Origin: Alphaproteobacteria bacterium
GTDB taxonomy: Bacteria > Pseudomonadota > Alphaproteobacteria > MPNO01 > UBA830
DNA length: 64,000 nt
Direction: 5' to 3'
NCBI GenBank assembly: GCA_964291215.2
Contig: OZ219791.1
Span: forward strand, 1,792,001 to 1,856,000
Of the stretch, positions 22,509-33,287 are shown piece after piece; the first letter of the stretch is position 1, and each line of letters opens with the position of its first letter. The translations under genes were made by a program, and so were the position numbers. The notes below the pieces were generated by a model. It was given only the letters and a program-made list of their open reading frames with translations. It was not told the DNA's origin and searched no databases.

Positions 22509-23639
22509 TCAGGAGGCGGCCGCAGTCGCTTCGACATCCATCTTGGCGTTTCCGAAAGCACCGATACCAAGCGCGTCGCGAAGGTCGGCCGTCTGTTCCG
22601 CCTTCCAGTCCTCGAGCGGAGCGCCGGTCGCGTCGGCAATCCTGTCGATGGCATTGAACAGGCCTACCACACCGGCCGAATCGACCAGCGCGTCGCTCCC
22701 GAGGGCGTCGACAATCGCAATCCGCGCGGCGTCAAGCCGGCTTTCGTCGGTGTCGAGCACGGCCTCGGCAAACTCGATCAACAGGTTGCCGTGGGGTATA
22801 CCGGTATCACCGGCCGCAACGCCGTCCATGATCGCCTGGTAGTCCAGTTCTGAACCAGCATGTTCTGCGCTCGCACGGAGCACTGCCACATGGCTGGTGG
22901 TTCAGTACGTACACTGGTTCAGCGCCGAGACCCTTGCCGCCAGAAGCTCGATCTGCGCGTGGGTGATGGCGCGGAACTCGCGCGTGAAATCGCGCATCTC
23001 GGAGCCCGCCAGGTACTGGGCGGCAACGACGGCGAAGAAGCTCCGCGCCTCGTCCGGGACCAGGGTAAGTGCCCGCCGTATATTGGCCTCCGGCCCGACA
23101 AAGTAGTCCGCTTCATTGGGCCCGTGCTCGTTCCACGCGATATTCGGCGCCCATGCCTGGTGCTGGCGCGCCTCCTTCGGGCGATATCGCGACGGCTCTC
23201 CGCCGCCCGGTTCGGGCAGCGTCCGCAACGGAATTCCGAGTCCTCTGGCGAAGGTGTCGATCGCCGTGGTGTGGGCCACGACGCTGACAATTTCGACGAA
23301 TTCGGTGTCGGCAATGCCGCTCGCAAGCGTGCGTTCGTACCAGCCATGGGTAAGACGGCCGGGGTCGGCCACGATCAGGTGAATCATGTCGACGCGGTTC
23401 GCAGCAAGCTCGCCCAAGCTGTCATGGACACCGCGCACTGCGAAGGGCGACAGCGCCGCCCTGATCTCCGCGCAGAACGCGCACCCGCGCGCATGCCGTG
23501 TTTCCGCCATGATCTGCACGCGTTCTTCGTCCGTGAGCCATGTTCCGGCCTTCGAGAGCCGGTCCCAGGCCTGTCGGTGGGCGTCGGCAAGGTCACCGCG
23601 TACCGGGTGCGGCGAACCCGCGTAATCCAATGTTGTCAT
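22509..23639 (-). CDS. AhpD/CMD-like selenoprotein (Sec at UGA 22902-22904), 376 aa
   Basis: ELLAARVSALNQCTY-U-TTSH (CxxUxxxH) joins two track ORFs in frame; extra CAFC motif; hairpin GUGCUC-CGUGC-GAGCGC after UGA. Confidence 0.85.
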
Positions 23640-23736
23640 TGCTCCGTCCCTGCTGTTCCGGATCCTGTCCGGGCCATCATGCAACGCCGGGTACCATCCA
23701 TCAAGCCCGAAATCCCGACCGCGGCCGACGGGCCGA

Positions 23737-24468
23737 TCATCCCGCTCGCGACGACATCACGAGTGCCAGCAGATTGGCGGCGTAGTCGGAGGCCTTGTCG
23801 GTTTCCATCAGGCGCGCGTTGGCGAGGTAGGTCTTGCAGGTGACAAGCGCCGTCCGGTCGCGTCCGGACAGCGTCTCCAAAACGACCTCGGTCGCGTCGC
23901 GCAACTGGTTGGCGGGAACGACATCGCTCACGAAACCAGCCTCGCGCGCCCTTGCGGCGTCGATCTCGCGGGTGGAATAGACCATCCATGCCGCCGCCTT
24001 TGGTTGGGTTCGGTCCATATGGGCGGAAATTGCCGCCGTCGGCGGCAGATTGTTCTTCATTTCGGGAAGCGAGAAGGTGGAATCGTCAGCCGCGATCGTG
24101 ATGTCACACACCGCTGCGGCCGCACAGCCAAAACCCGCCGCCCGGCCCTGCACCGACGCGACCACGGGAATCTCCGCGCCGCGCACTGCCTCGTAGAACC
24201 CGATGATCGGCGCAGCCAGGGCTCCGCGCATTTCGACGCCCGTCTTCGGCGTATGCTCGGGTGCGCTCTCGGGATCGCGCCCGAGGCAGAAATCGGGACC
24301 GGCAGTGCGAATCGAGATCGCATGAAGTGCGTTGTCCCGGCCAAGATCGGCGACTGTCGAGGACAACTCGTCCAGCATGTCCAGCGTCAGCATGTTGCCG
24401 CGTTCGGCGCGATAGATCGATATGCGCGCGATCTTGTCGTCTCTCGTGATGCTCAGGGTGTCGGTCAA
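23737..24468 (-). CDS. Enoyl-CoA hydratase/isomerase family protein
   Basis: DFCLGRD, PVVASVQGRAAGFG, CDITIAADD.TFSLPE; TTG start with GAGGAG SD. Confidence 0.85.
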   Translation of the reverse strand: MTDTLSITRDDKIARISIYRAERGNMLTLDMLDELSSTVADLGRDNALHAISIRTAGPDFCLGRDPESAPEHTPKTGVEMRGALAAPIIGFYEAVRGAEIPVVASVQGRAAGFGCAAAAVCDITIAADDSTFSLPEMKNNLPPTAAISAHMDRTQPKAAAWMVYSTREIDAARAREAGFVSDVVPANQLRDATEVVLETLSGRDRTALVTCKTYLANARLMETDKASDYAANLLALVMSSRAG

Positions 24469-24651
24469 TTTCGTTCTCCTCTCACCGGCTGTAACAAGTC
24501 GCGCCGTTCCTGTCGGTATCCGCATGAAACTCCTGAAGGAGAACAACCTGCCAGTATCCGTGCCGAGCGGCGACGCTGCTGGAATTCTGCCTGTGCCGGC
24601 TGTTGCGGACGTGCGACTGGCGGGTAAGCGTTTCCTGACGCCTTCAGCAGA

Positions 24652-24747
24652 TGGCGGAAAAGAGTGGGAGTCGAACCCACCAGGGACGTCTCACGCCCCT
24701 CACCGGTTTTGAAGACCGGGCGCCCCACCGGGGAACGATTCTCTTCC
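24652..24747 (-). tRNA. selC: tRNA-Sec (anticodon UCA)
   Basis: GGAAGA...CCGGT-CTTCAAA-ACCGG, long variable arm, GGTTCGACTCC T-arm, 3' GCCA; 96 nt; directly after selB. Confidence 0.97.
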
Positions 24748-24770
24748 GTGGCCCGAAACTAACCCAGAAA

Positions 24771-26696
24771 TCAGTCTTCGCCAAAGGCGTCGGCCACCGG
24801 GCGGATGACTTCGTGGGCGTCGCCGACGCGGCGTGTGAACTTGATCTTGTCGAAGAATTCGAGGACCTCGATGGCCAGGTTGCGCCCGATATTGGACGCA
24901 TCGCGAAATGCGGCGGCCGAGACCATCCCGCGTTCGTTGTCTGCGGCGACCTCCTCCGCGATTGCGCCGAGCCGGCGAAGCGTCTCGGGCAGGAAAAACC
25001 GGTTCTTGGAGATGCGGACGACAAGCCCGTGGCGCGCTGTCCGGACAAGCAGGGATCCCACCTTGCGCGAATCGCCCCCCATGTCGTGCACGATGTCGCT
25101 GAGCGGTGGTGGTCGGAGGCCGGCGGCGCTCAGGATCGTCCTGACCCTTTCCCAGTCTCTGACGTCATTGCCCTCAAGCCGCGGGCGGTGGGACGGAAGG
25201 CGCACGCCCATTCCTTCCCTGACGACATCGCCGTCGCGTGCAAGCTTCGCGCTGATCGCGGACGCGGCGTCCGCGGGCAACCGGATTCCGGTGTCAATCA
25301 GTATCCGGTTTTCGCCCGGACCGACCGTGTCCGGGGACTTTCGGTGCCAGGCAGCCAAGCGCTCGGTTACCGCCTCGCGGACGCGGCCCCATCCGGTCTC
25401 AGAAAACCCCAGCCTGCCCGTCTCGGTGGCGATCGTCACCATCTGAATTGCAGCCTCCAGCGACACCGTCTCCTCCGCGGTCAGATTGCGGGCCGCGGCA
25501 AATCGATCGAGATTGAGGCCGCTTGATGCCGCTTCGAGAAGGCCTTCGAGGGCCGCGGCATGTTCGGCGGAATCCATGATCTCCAGGAACTCCAGCCGTT
25601 CCCGCCGCGCGCGGCCGCGTGTCGGGGGATACACGTCGATGACGCGCCCGCCGCCGATCGTGCGTCGCGCCGACTGGTCGCGGATGATGAGGCCGTCGCC
25701 GCACACCGCGCCGACGGGATGATCGAGAACCAGTTGCGCCAGTGCGGTATCGCCGGGCGCGATGCCGTTCCGACCGAGCACGGCGACCCTGCCGGTGGTT
25801 TCGCTGGCGCCGATATGGGCATGGATCGGGGTCCAGTGGGCGAGGGACCGTTTTTCCGTGCCGAGCACGCTGAGCCGCATGTCGATCTTGCGAACCGCCG
25901 GAGGGACGTCTCCGGCCACGATCCAGTCGCCGCGCGCGATGCGATCCTTTCTGAGTGCGGCGCCGGCGAGATTGAGCGCGCAGCGTTGTCCGGCCCGGCC
26001 GGACGGCGCCTGGGCGTTCTGGGCGTGGATGCCGCGAATGCGCACCTCCACGCCGGCGCCTAGCACTCGCGCTTTTTCGCCGGTTGCGATGGCACCGGAA
26101 AACGCGGTTCCGGTGACCACCAGCCCGGCACCGACGACCTCGAAACTGCGGTCGACAGCGAGCCGGAAGTTGCCGTCGGCCGGTCGCGGCGGCGTGGCCC
26201 GGGCAGCCTCGACGAGGTGGGACTTCAGTTCCGGAACGCCTGAACCTGTAATCGCCGACACCGGAAACACCGCGATGCCTTCGAGAGCCGTGCCGGCGAG
26301 CAGTATCTCGATCTCCTCGAGAGCGTCATCCACCCGTTCCGGGGGCACGCGATCGATCTTGGTCAGCGCGACCGCGCCGCGGTTCACGCCGAGGAGGTCG
26401 AGAATCGCCAGATGCTCCTCGGTCTGCGGCATCGGACCGTCGTCTGCCGCCACGATCAGGAGAACGAAGTCGATTCCTGTCACGCCGCAGAGCATGTTGC
26501 GAATGAAGCGCTCATGTCCCGGAACGTCGATGAATCCGACGGTTTCGGCCCCGTCGAGCGGCAGGTACGCGAAGCCCAGATCTATGGTCAGGCTCCGCTT
26601 CTTCTCCTCGGGCAGGCGATCGGTATCGACGCCGGTCAGCGCCTTGATCAGGAGAGTCTTGCCATGATCCACATGCCCGGCCGTGGCGATGATCAC
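24771..26696 (-). CDS. selB: Selenocysteine-specific elongation factor
   Basis: IIATAGHVDHGKT, TDRLPEEKKR..TIDLGF, DVPGHERF, C-terminal winged helix GRNLAIEVLEFFD; GTG overlaps selA stop. Confidence 0.95.
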   Translation of the reverse strand: MIIATAGHVDHGKTLLIKALTGVDTDRLPEEKKRSLTIDLGFAYLPLDGAETVGFIDVPGHERFIRNMLCGVTGIDFVLLIVAADDGPMPQTEEHLAILDLLGVNRGAVALTKIDRVPPERVDDALEEIEILLAGTALEGIAVFPVSAITGSGVPELKSHLVEAARATPPRPADGNFRLAVDRSFEVVGAGLVVTGTAFSGAIATGEKARVLGAGVEVRIRGIHAQNAQAPSGRAGQRCALNLAGAALRKDRIARGDWIVAGDVPPAVRKIDMRLSVLGTEKRSLAHWTPIHAHIGASETTGRVAVLGRNGIAPGDTALAQLVLDHPVGAVCGDGLIIRDQSARRTIGGGRVIDVYPPTRGRARRERLEFLEIMDSAEHAAALEGLLEAASSGLNLDRFAAARNLTAEETVSLEAAIQMVTIATETGRLGFSETGWGRVREAVTERLAAWHRKSPDTVGPGENRILIDTGIRLPADAASAISAKLARDGDVVREGMGVRLPSHRPRLEGNDVRDWERVRTILSAAGLRPPPLSDIVHDMGGDSRKVGSLLVRTARHGLVVRISKNRFFLPETLRRLGAIAEEVAADNERGMVSAAAFRDASNIGRNLAIEVLEFFDKIKFTRRVGDAHEVIRPVADAFGED

Positions 26697-28102
26697 GGCT
26701 TCGTCTCCAGCCGCGCAAGTTGCGCCGCGAACGCGGCCTCGTCCTCGAGGCAGCGGAGGTCGAGCACGAATTCGTCGTTCCGTATCCGCCCGATGACCGG
26801 TACCGGCAGCTCGCGAAAAGCCGCAGCCAAGCGGCGGAGCGCGGAGCTGCGGCCGCGTTTTCCGGTTGTTGGCGAAATCGCAAGGCCAAGGCTGGGCACG
26901 CGCTGTTGCGGCAGCGCTCCCGAGCCGAACTGGCTCTGGCACTCCGTCACGGCGACATCAGCGCGGCCGGACAGGGCGGACGCAACCAGCGGCACCAGCC
27001 GATCGGCCAAACCGCCAAGCTCCTCGACCGGGCGCGCCAGCGCACGCAGGGTCGGCAGGCGTGCCGCGAGACGATCCGGATCGGCGTAGAGGCGAAGCGT
27101 TGCTGCGAGAGCGGCGATGGTCATCTTGTCGCAGCGCAGTGCACGTTTCATGGGGTTTCTGCGGATCTTGGCAAGCATCTCCTTCGAGCCGACGATCAGT
27201 CCGCATTGCGGTCCACCGAGAAGCTTGTCGCCGGAGAAGGTCACCACGTCGACACCCTGTTCGAGCGCCTTCGTCGGCGTGGGTTCGCGGGGCAGGCCGA
27301 ACTGCGCGAGATCGATCAGGGCGCCGCTTCCGAGGTCGGTTGCAAACGGTATTCCGGAGCGATGACAGAGTTCGGCCAGTGGTTCTTCGGGCACGCTTGC
27401 GGTGAAGCCCTCGACCACATAGTTGCTGGTGTGAACCTTCATGACGAGCCCGGTCCTGGGTCCGATCGCTGCTGCATAGTCGTCAAGATGGGTCCGGTTG
27501 GTGGTGCCGACTTCGACCAGCCGACAGCCGGCGCGAGCCATGATTTGCGGCATGCGAAAGGATCCGCCGATCTCGATAAGTTCGCCGCGCGACACCGGGA
27601 CCTCGCGACGGAGCGCAAGGCTGTTGAGAACCAGCATCACGGCCGCCGCGTTGTTGTTGACGATCGTGGCCGCTTCGGCTCCGGTGATGCGGCAGAGTTC
27701 GTCCTCGATATGCTCGTCGCGGTCGCCGCGCTTTCCCTTGTCGATCCGGTATTCGAGATTGCTGGCGCCGCGTGCTGCTGCTGCAACGGCCTCGACGGCT
27801 TCCTCGGCCAGCGCGGCGCGGCCGAGATTGGTGTGGAGAACCGTGCCGGTGAGGTTGAAGACGGGACGCAGCGACGGTACGGCGCGTTCCCGCAGGCTCT
27901 CCTCGACCTGGCGCAGGAGCGTCGCCTGGACCGGGGCCTTGCTGCCGGGTTCTGCCAGCGCGGTTCGCCACGCCCCGAGCACGTCGCGCACCGCCCGGGT
28001 GGTTTCCTGGCGTCCGAACTCTCCGACTAGTGTGTGCCCCAGGGCAAGAAGTCTGTCGACAGACGGCAGCGCCGCCATTGGTGATGGAGGATCATCTGGC
28101 AT
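26693..28102 (-). CDS. selA: L-seryl-tRNA(Sec) selenium transferase (start uncertain, 28078-28123)
   Basis: FNLTGTVLHTNLGRA, VNNNAAAV, SRGELIEIGGSFR, EVGTTNRT, FSGDKLLGGPQ. Confidence 0.95.
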   Translation of the reverse strand: MPDDPPSPMAALPSVDRLLALGHTLVGEFGRQETTRAVRDVLGAWRTALAEPGSKAPVQATLLRQVEESLRERAVPSLRPVFNLTGTVLHTNLGRAALAEEAVEAVAAAARGASNLEYRIDKGKRGDRDEHIEDELCRITGAEAATIVNNNAAAVMLVLNSLALRREVPVSRGELIEIGGSFRMPQIMARAGCRLVEVGTTNRTHLDDYAAAIGPRTGLVMKVHTSNYVVEGFTASVPEEPLAELCHRSGIPFATDLGSGALIDLAQFGLPREPTPTKALEQGVDVVTFSGDKLLGGPQCGLIVGSKEMLAKIRRNPMKRALRCDKMTIAALAATLRLYADPDRLAARLPTLRALARPVEELGGLADRLVPLVASALSGRADVAVTECQSQFGSGALPQQRVPSLGLAISPTTGKRGRSSALRRLAAAFRELPVPVIGRIRNDEFVLDLRCLEDEAAFAAQLARLETKP

Positions 28103-28406
28103 GCCGTCAGGATAGACCCTCATGACAGGAACGGGAATACAACTCGCTTCCGCGCACCGGCACGTATCTCGGCGGCGACGAGCAGAATGCCGGAAGCAGC
28201 GCGCGCCGAGACTCGGGTCGCGGAAACGATGCGTTGATGCGCCGCGGCGACTCCTGGCATCTGTTCAGTCGGGCATGGTGGATCCTAGTGGAGGGATATA
28301 AGAATTTAGCCGGAACTTCGCGGAGGGTTCAGAAGGTTTTCGACTGACGTTGGCCTCTTTCGGATGTGTCGGAAGGTGCAGGATATCCCAACTTGGAGCA
28401 TATAGA

Positions 28407-29115
28407 CCCCACTTCCAGTCTGAAGTGCAACACCCGGCCCTCATCGCAGTGAGGGCGTAGCCCGAACGGAGAGGGCCGGGTGTTACGCAAATTTTTCCCC
28501 TCTGCCCCTCTCGATTCCGCCTAGGAACAGCTTCAGTTCCTTCAACATCGAGCTTATGCAACGCCTTTGTCGGCTTCAAGCCACTATTACGCCGTCGCGC
28601 GGCATGGATCCTGCTGCACGTTGCGGCTTTGGAACGCAGATGGTCAGGGCGGTTTCACTTCAAGATTACCTCCGTCGGCGATCCCAGGACTTTCCGAGTG
28701 TTGAGCCGCACCTTCTGAACATCTTCGTTGCATGTCGCGCGAAAGTCCGTGCCCTTCGGGAAGTACTCCCGCACCAGGCCGTTGGTGTGCTCATTCAAGC
28801 CGCGCTCCCAGGAATGGAAAGGCGAAGAAGAAATCTGCGTCAAGTGCGACACGCCTGTGGTCTGCGAACTCCTTGCCGTTGTGATTGTGTGGACCAATAG
28901 CGCACCAGAGCCGAGCAGGCGGATCATGACCGAACCGACCGTGTCTTTCTGTCCACCCAGCAAGGTGTATTTCGTGGCACGAGCGACACGACAGCTCCAC
29001 TGTGAGCTTTGCCGATGATGGCTCCCAGTCGCCGATCCGTTCCTTTGCCTCCGCAGGGCGCTCGGAAATGTCCACTCGGCCAGGAATATGGCCCCGGCCA
29101 GAATGGCATCCGCCC
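28407..29115 (-). mobile_element. IS30-family element, degenerate partial copy
   Basis: Terminal CCCCACTTCCAGTCTGAAGTGCAACAC; SWERGLNEHTNGLVREYFPKGTDF. Confidence 0.85.
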
Positions 29116-30576
29116 AAATCACACCCCGGCACTGGCCGCATGAGATGAACAAATGGTACTGAGCCTGCAACTGTGCCATACGAAACTCTCACCCTGTTCA
29201 TCAGGGCAACCAAAACCCACAGCACCGCAGACGGCAAACCCGTCCACCGGCTCGTGCTTTCTCAACGCATCGGCCGACAAGGTCAGGCAGCGCACGCTGC
29301 CTCGGCACCAACTATCCGGTGGCGCGCAAGAACTGGAAGGAGGTTGCCGCCGAAGCGCTGGCCGCCCGCCGCTGTTCGAAGCCGCGTGCAGGCCGCAGCC
29401 GAGGACATCGTCAACAGGGGCCCGGAGGTTCCGCGCCGACGCTCCGGAGGAAGACGCACGCAAATTGCGACCGTCAACCTCGACAGCCTCGAGAACCCGC
29501 GCTCGGTCGGCTGGCCTGTACCTCGAGGCGCGGTCTCGGCTTCACGACCTCGGCATCACGGGCCGCGAGTGCGCTGATCGTCGCTAGGATGATCCGCCAG
29601 CGAGCGCTGGCTGCGCGATGACAGCGTGACCGCGGAGCTTCGATCTGGAGGGCAAGGCGCGCAAGACGCTGTACCGCATCGGCGACCTGCGTCACCGGAC
29701 CGCCATCCGGAAAGAACTGTTCAACCACGAGCGCGCGCTGCATCCCCGACACCATCGCCTTTTACGACCTCACCAATGTTCACGGCCGCGCCGACGGCAA
29801 GCTGCCCCGCTTCGGGCGCTCGAAGCGCAATGATTGCCCCACGCTTGCGCGGCGCGGGCTTTCGGCGCAGTTGCGAGGTCTTGCGGGGCAACGTGAGCGA
29901 ACCCGGTACGCTGGAGGACGCGCTGTCGAGGCTGGAGGCGGCCCGGCGGCGAAGCCGACGGCAGTCATGGACGCCGGCACCGAGGCGAACATCGCGTGGC
30001 GAGCACGGCTGGATCGCGGGCGGCGCCGCCCGAGGGTGGGCCCGAGGCTGATCACCAACCACGAGGTGCAGGCGCCTTGCCAGCAAGGATGGCGCGGCTC
30101 TACGTGGTCAGCGAGAGCAGGAAGAGGGCGAGGACGCCATTCCTGACCGCAGGGCTTCGAGGCGGCAAAGCTCCACCTCCAAGGGCCGGCGCCACGACAA
30201 GGTGCTGGAGAGCGGTCTCAGGCAGCGCTTCTCCACCGTCGTCCGGCACTACGAGATCACCGTCGAGAAGGCCGGCGCCAACGCAACGGCCGTGCGCTTC
30301 AGCCACAGACGACAAGACAACGCGGGCGCCTGCGCACCAGCGACCGGGATATCGAGACCGTCCTCAGGACATGGATCACGGATATCGAGGCCACCTTCCG
30401 TTCATTGAAATCCGAGCTCGGATTGCGCCCGGCCAGCGCATCGCCGCCCACCTGTTGATCGCCGTGCTCGCCGCGGTGCATCTGATCCCCGCGCGGGGCA
30501 TCGACAAGTGCCGGACATCAATCCGCGAGAGCATGCGGAACCAGGGTCACCACGCGCCTGCGCGCATTTTTTGATC

Positions 30577-31806
30577 GGTACTGTAACTTGATGTCTGGAA
30601 ATTTGTCTGAGGTTTGCGCTTTGAGGCGTTTCACTGGGGGGCTAGCCCCCCAGTGAAACGCGGCGCCATCGTGCTATCCCATGGAGTTGTAAAACCTTCA
30701 TGGAGGAAGCGAATGGACCTGCGACACACTACGACGATTGAGGCCGTTTTGGAACATCTGATCGCAAACGGAGCAACGGATCTGGGGCGGATCTTTGGTC
30801 AACTCTTCGAGCTTGCGATGCAAATCGAGCGCGAGCAGCACTTGAAAGCGGGCCACCGGACACCGGAACGACAGGGCTATGCCAACGGCTACAAACGGAT
30901 CGACACCCCCACTGTTACCGTTCAGGTGCCAAACGGTCACGGGGACGACCCCCCCAGTCGCTTGAACGCGGCCAGCGATCTTCTCGCGCCGTAGCCGAGA
31001 TGTACATCAAGGGTGTTTCCACGCGGCAGGATGTAATGCGCGAGTTCGGGAGCCTGTCCTCTTCTCAGGTCAGCCGGGCCACCAGGTTGCTCGATGAAGA
31101 ACTCGCCGCGCAACCGGCCCCTTGGGCTGATGAAATACCTGATCCTGGATGCGCGCTACGAAAAAGCCCGCCATGACGGCGTTGTGCGCGATGTCGCGGT
31201 ACTCTCGGCCATTGGAATAGGGGCTGCAGGCACGTTCTGGGGCTCTCTGTGGCGCTCTCCGAGGCCGAGGTCCATTGGAGAGCCTTCCTGGAAAGCTTGC
31301 TAGCCCTGCATGGTACGACCTTCATCGTCTCGGATGCCGGGCTGAAAGCGGCACGACGCGCGGTGCTGGGCGCGGCGACATGGCAGCGCTGCCAATTCCA
31401 CCTGGCACAAAACGCCGTGCACCGAACAACGACATCAGGAAACGTATTGGAAAACAGCTCAGAGCCATGCGTCCTTACTCCAAACCGCCGAGGCTGAACT
31501 GGGCACCCTCGTGGCCAGCGACAAGCATCCGGGCTTCCTGGCTGGAAAAGAATGCGGGGCTCGCTGTCTTCACCTTGCCCGATGCTTACCACAAGCGTAT
31601 GCGAACCTCAAACGGCATCGAGCGACCGATCCAGCAAGAGCTCAAGCGGCGCACCTCCAAAGTCAGGGTCTTTCCGAACCTCGCCTCGTCGGAGCGCCTC
31701 TCAACCGCGGTCCTCATCGACGAAAAATGGGAAACCGAAACCAAGATCAAATGGGAACAGCTCGATCAGCTTCACGACAATTTCCAGACATCAGGTTGCG
31801 TAATCC
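30577..31806 (+). mobile_element. IS256-family element, degenerate
   Basis: IRs sharing the TGATGTCTGGAAATT core; pieces YANGYK, GVSTR, YLILDARYEKAR, WQRCQFHL, RTSNGIER..QE.KRR. Confidence 0.85.
30626..30661. repeat. Perfect 36-bp palindrome in IS256 leader
   Basis: GCGTTTCACTGGGGGGCT|AGCCCCCCAGTGAAACGC. Confidence 0.9.
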
Positions 31807-31810
31807 ATTG

Positions 31811-33287
31811 GTAACTGCTCACCCCCTGGTTTCGGCTTGATGTCGGGGTAGAGCAACGAACGGGTTTTCGTGGAGATTTGACACTGCAGGCCGATTCGTT
31901 TAGTGGTGGTAATCGAGAACGATGGGGACCGCCAGTGGGCTACTTTGGATCGAAGGCGACGAGCGGGCTGTGCCAGCTGCTTCCGGGGCTCCAGCCCCCG
32001 CATGATCTGTATGTGGAAACGCATCTCGGAGGCGGCGCGCTGATGAAGCGCAAGGCCGGGTGATGGCGACGGGCGGCGCGCGAGGAGTTCGAAGCGGCCA
32101 AGATCGCGGCGCTGCCGGCAAGGTGGCGGAAGAGGCCGTGATCCGCGTCCTCCTGCTCGACATCATCATCGTCGTCCTTCTGGAGAAGACTACGCACGAG
32201 CCGGAACTCCGGTCTGCCGCCGTCACAGACGGACAAGGACGAGAGCGTGCCGGAAGCAACGGCAAGGGCCCGAAGCCGAACCGGCAGATGGGCGACAACC
32301 TGCGCAAGACCATCGTCGAGGAGACGGTCGCGGCCTGCGACGCCTGCGGCGCTGACATCGACGGCCCCGTCGATCGGGAGCGCCGCACGACATCGTGTTC
32401 GAGGTCGTCGAGCGCCGCGCCGAGGAATGCCCGAAGTGCAAGGCCCGGGGCCGGTTCCCCGACAACATCCCGTGCAGTACGGCATCGGCATCCAGGCCCT
32501 CGTCATCAACCTGCTGGTCGCCCAGATGCTGTCCCTGCGCCGTCGCGTTCGTGCAGGCGATCTCCGGCATCAAGCTCTCCGAGGCCTCGGCTATGCTTTC
32601 ACGATGCGTCATGGGAGGAGGCCGCCGTGGCGTACCTCCTGCAACGCCCGATGTCGATGATTTCGGATCAACAGCAAGTGGTTTCATGTCGTGGGACCCT
32701 GACGTGCAAGTTCCCGCACCGCAAGCGCGGGCAAGAGATCGGCCCGTGCTACAAGGACGTCCTGGGCCTCGTACATGGGCCAGTGTAGCCACCTGCTGCG
32801 CGAACTGACCTTTGTCGTCGAGGCTACCGCGCGACTGATGAAGAGCCTGCTCCGCGAGGTCTGCCACAAGGTCAACAAGAGCGCATCCAAAACCCTGAAC
32901 GACGCCGGGCGCAAGCGCTACCGCACCATCAGGGCGCCAGGGAACTGCCCGACATCCCGACGAAAGGAAAACGTGGACGCAAGTCCGACGCGCACAACCT
33001 GCACGAACGTCTCGTGAAACACGAAAACCTGCGCTTCACAGACGACCCCAACGTCAGCTTCACCAACAATGCCGGAGAACAGAAAATCAGGATGGCAAAG
33101 GTCAAGGTGTCCGGATGCTTCCGCTCCACGCAAAAGCATGGTGCCGGAGCTCAAGCTACCTCACCTCCATGGCCGCACTCGGCTACAACCCACTCGTCGC
33201 CACCCAGATCGCCCTCGACGGGAAAGCCGCAGACATCATCAACGAGCACTACGACCAATCAGAACCCAACTAGGGGTGAGTAGATAC
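31811..33287 (+). mobile_element. IS66-family element (type B) copy 2, methylase mostly deleted
   Basis: Same ends as 6119-9287; perfect 8-bp TSD ATCCATTG at 31803-31810 and 33288-33295. Confidence 0.9.

Noticed and set aside
23690-23739. UGA of the enoyl-CoA hydratase followed by a GC hairpin as a fourth Sec site
   Set aside because: Domain is already complete, no redox motif, hairpin is too close to the UGA and another UGA follows 11 codons later
26720-28030. Long antisense ORFs here and over Rpn, atpA/D, cysNC and the lipoprotein
   Set aside because: Shadow ORFs expected from high-GC codon bias opposite real genes
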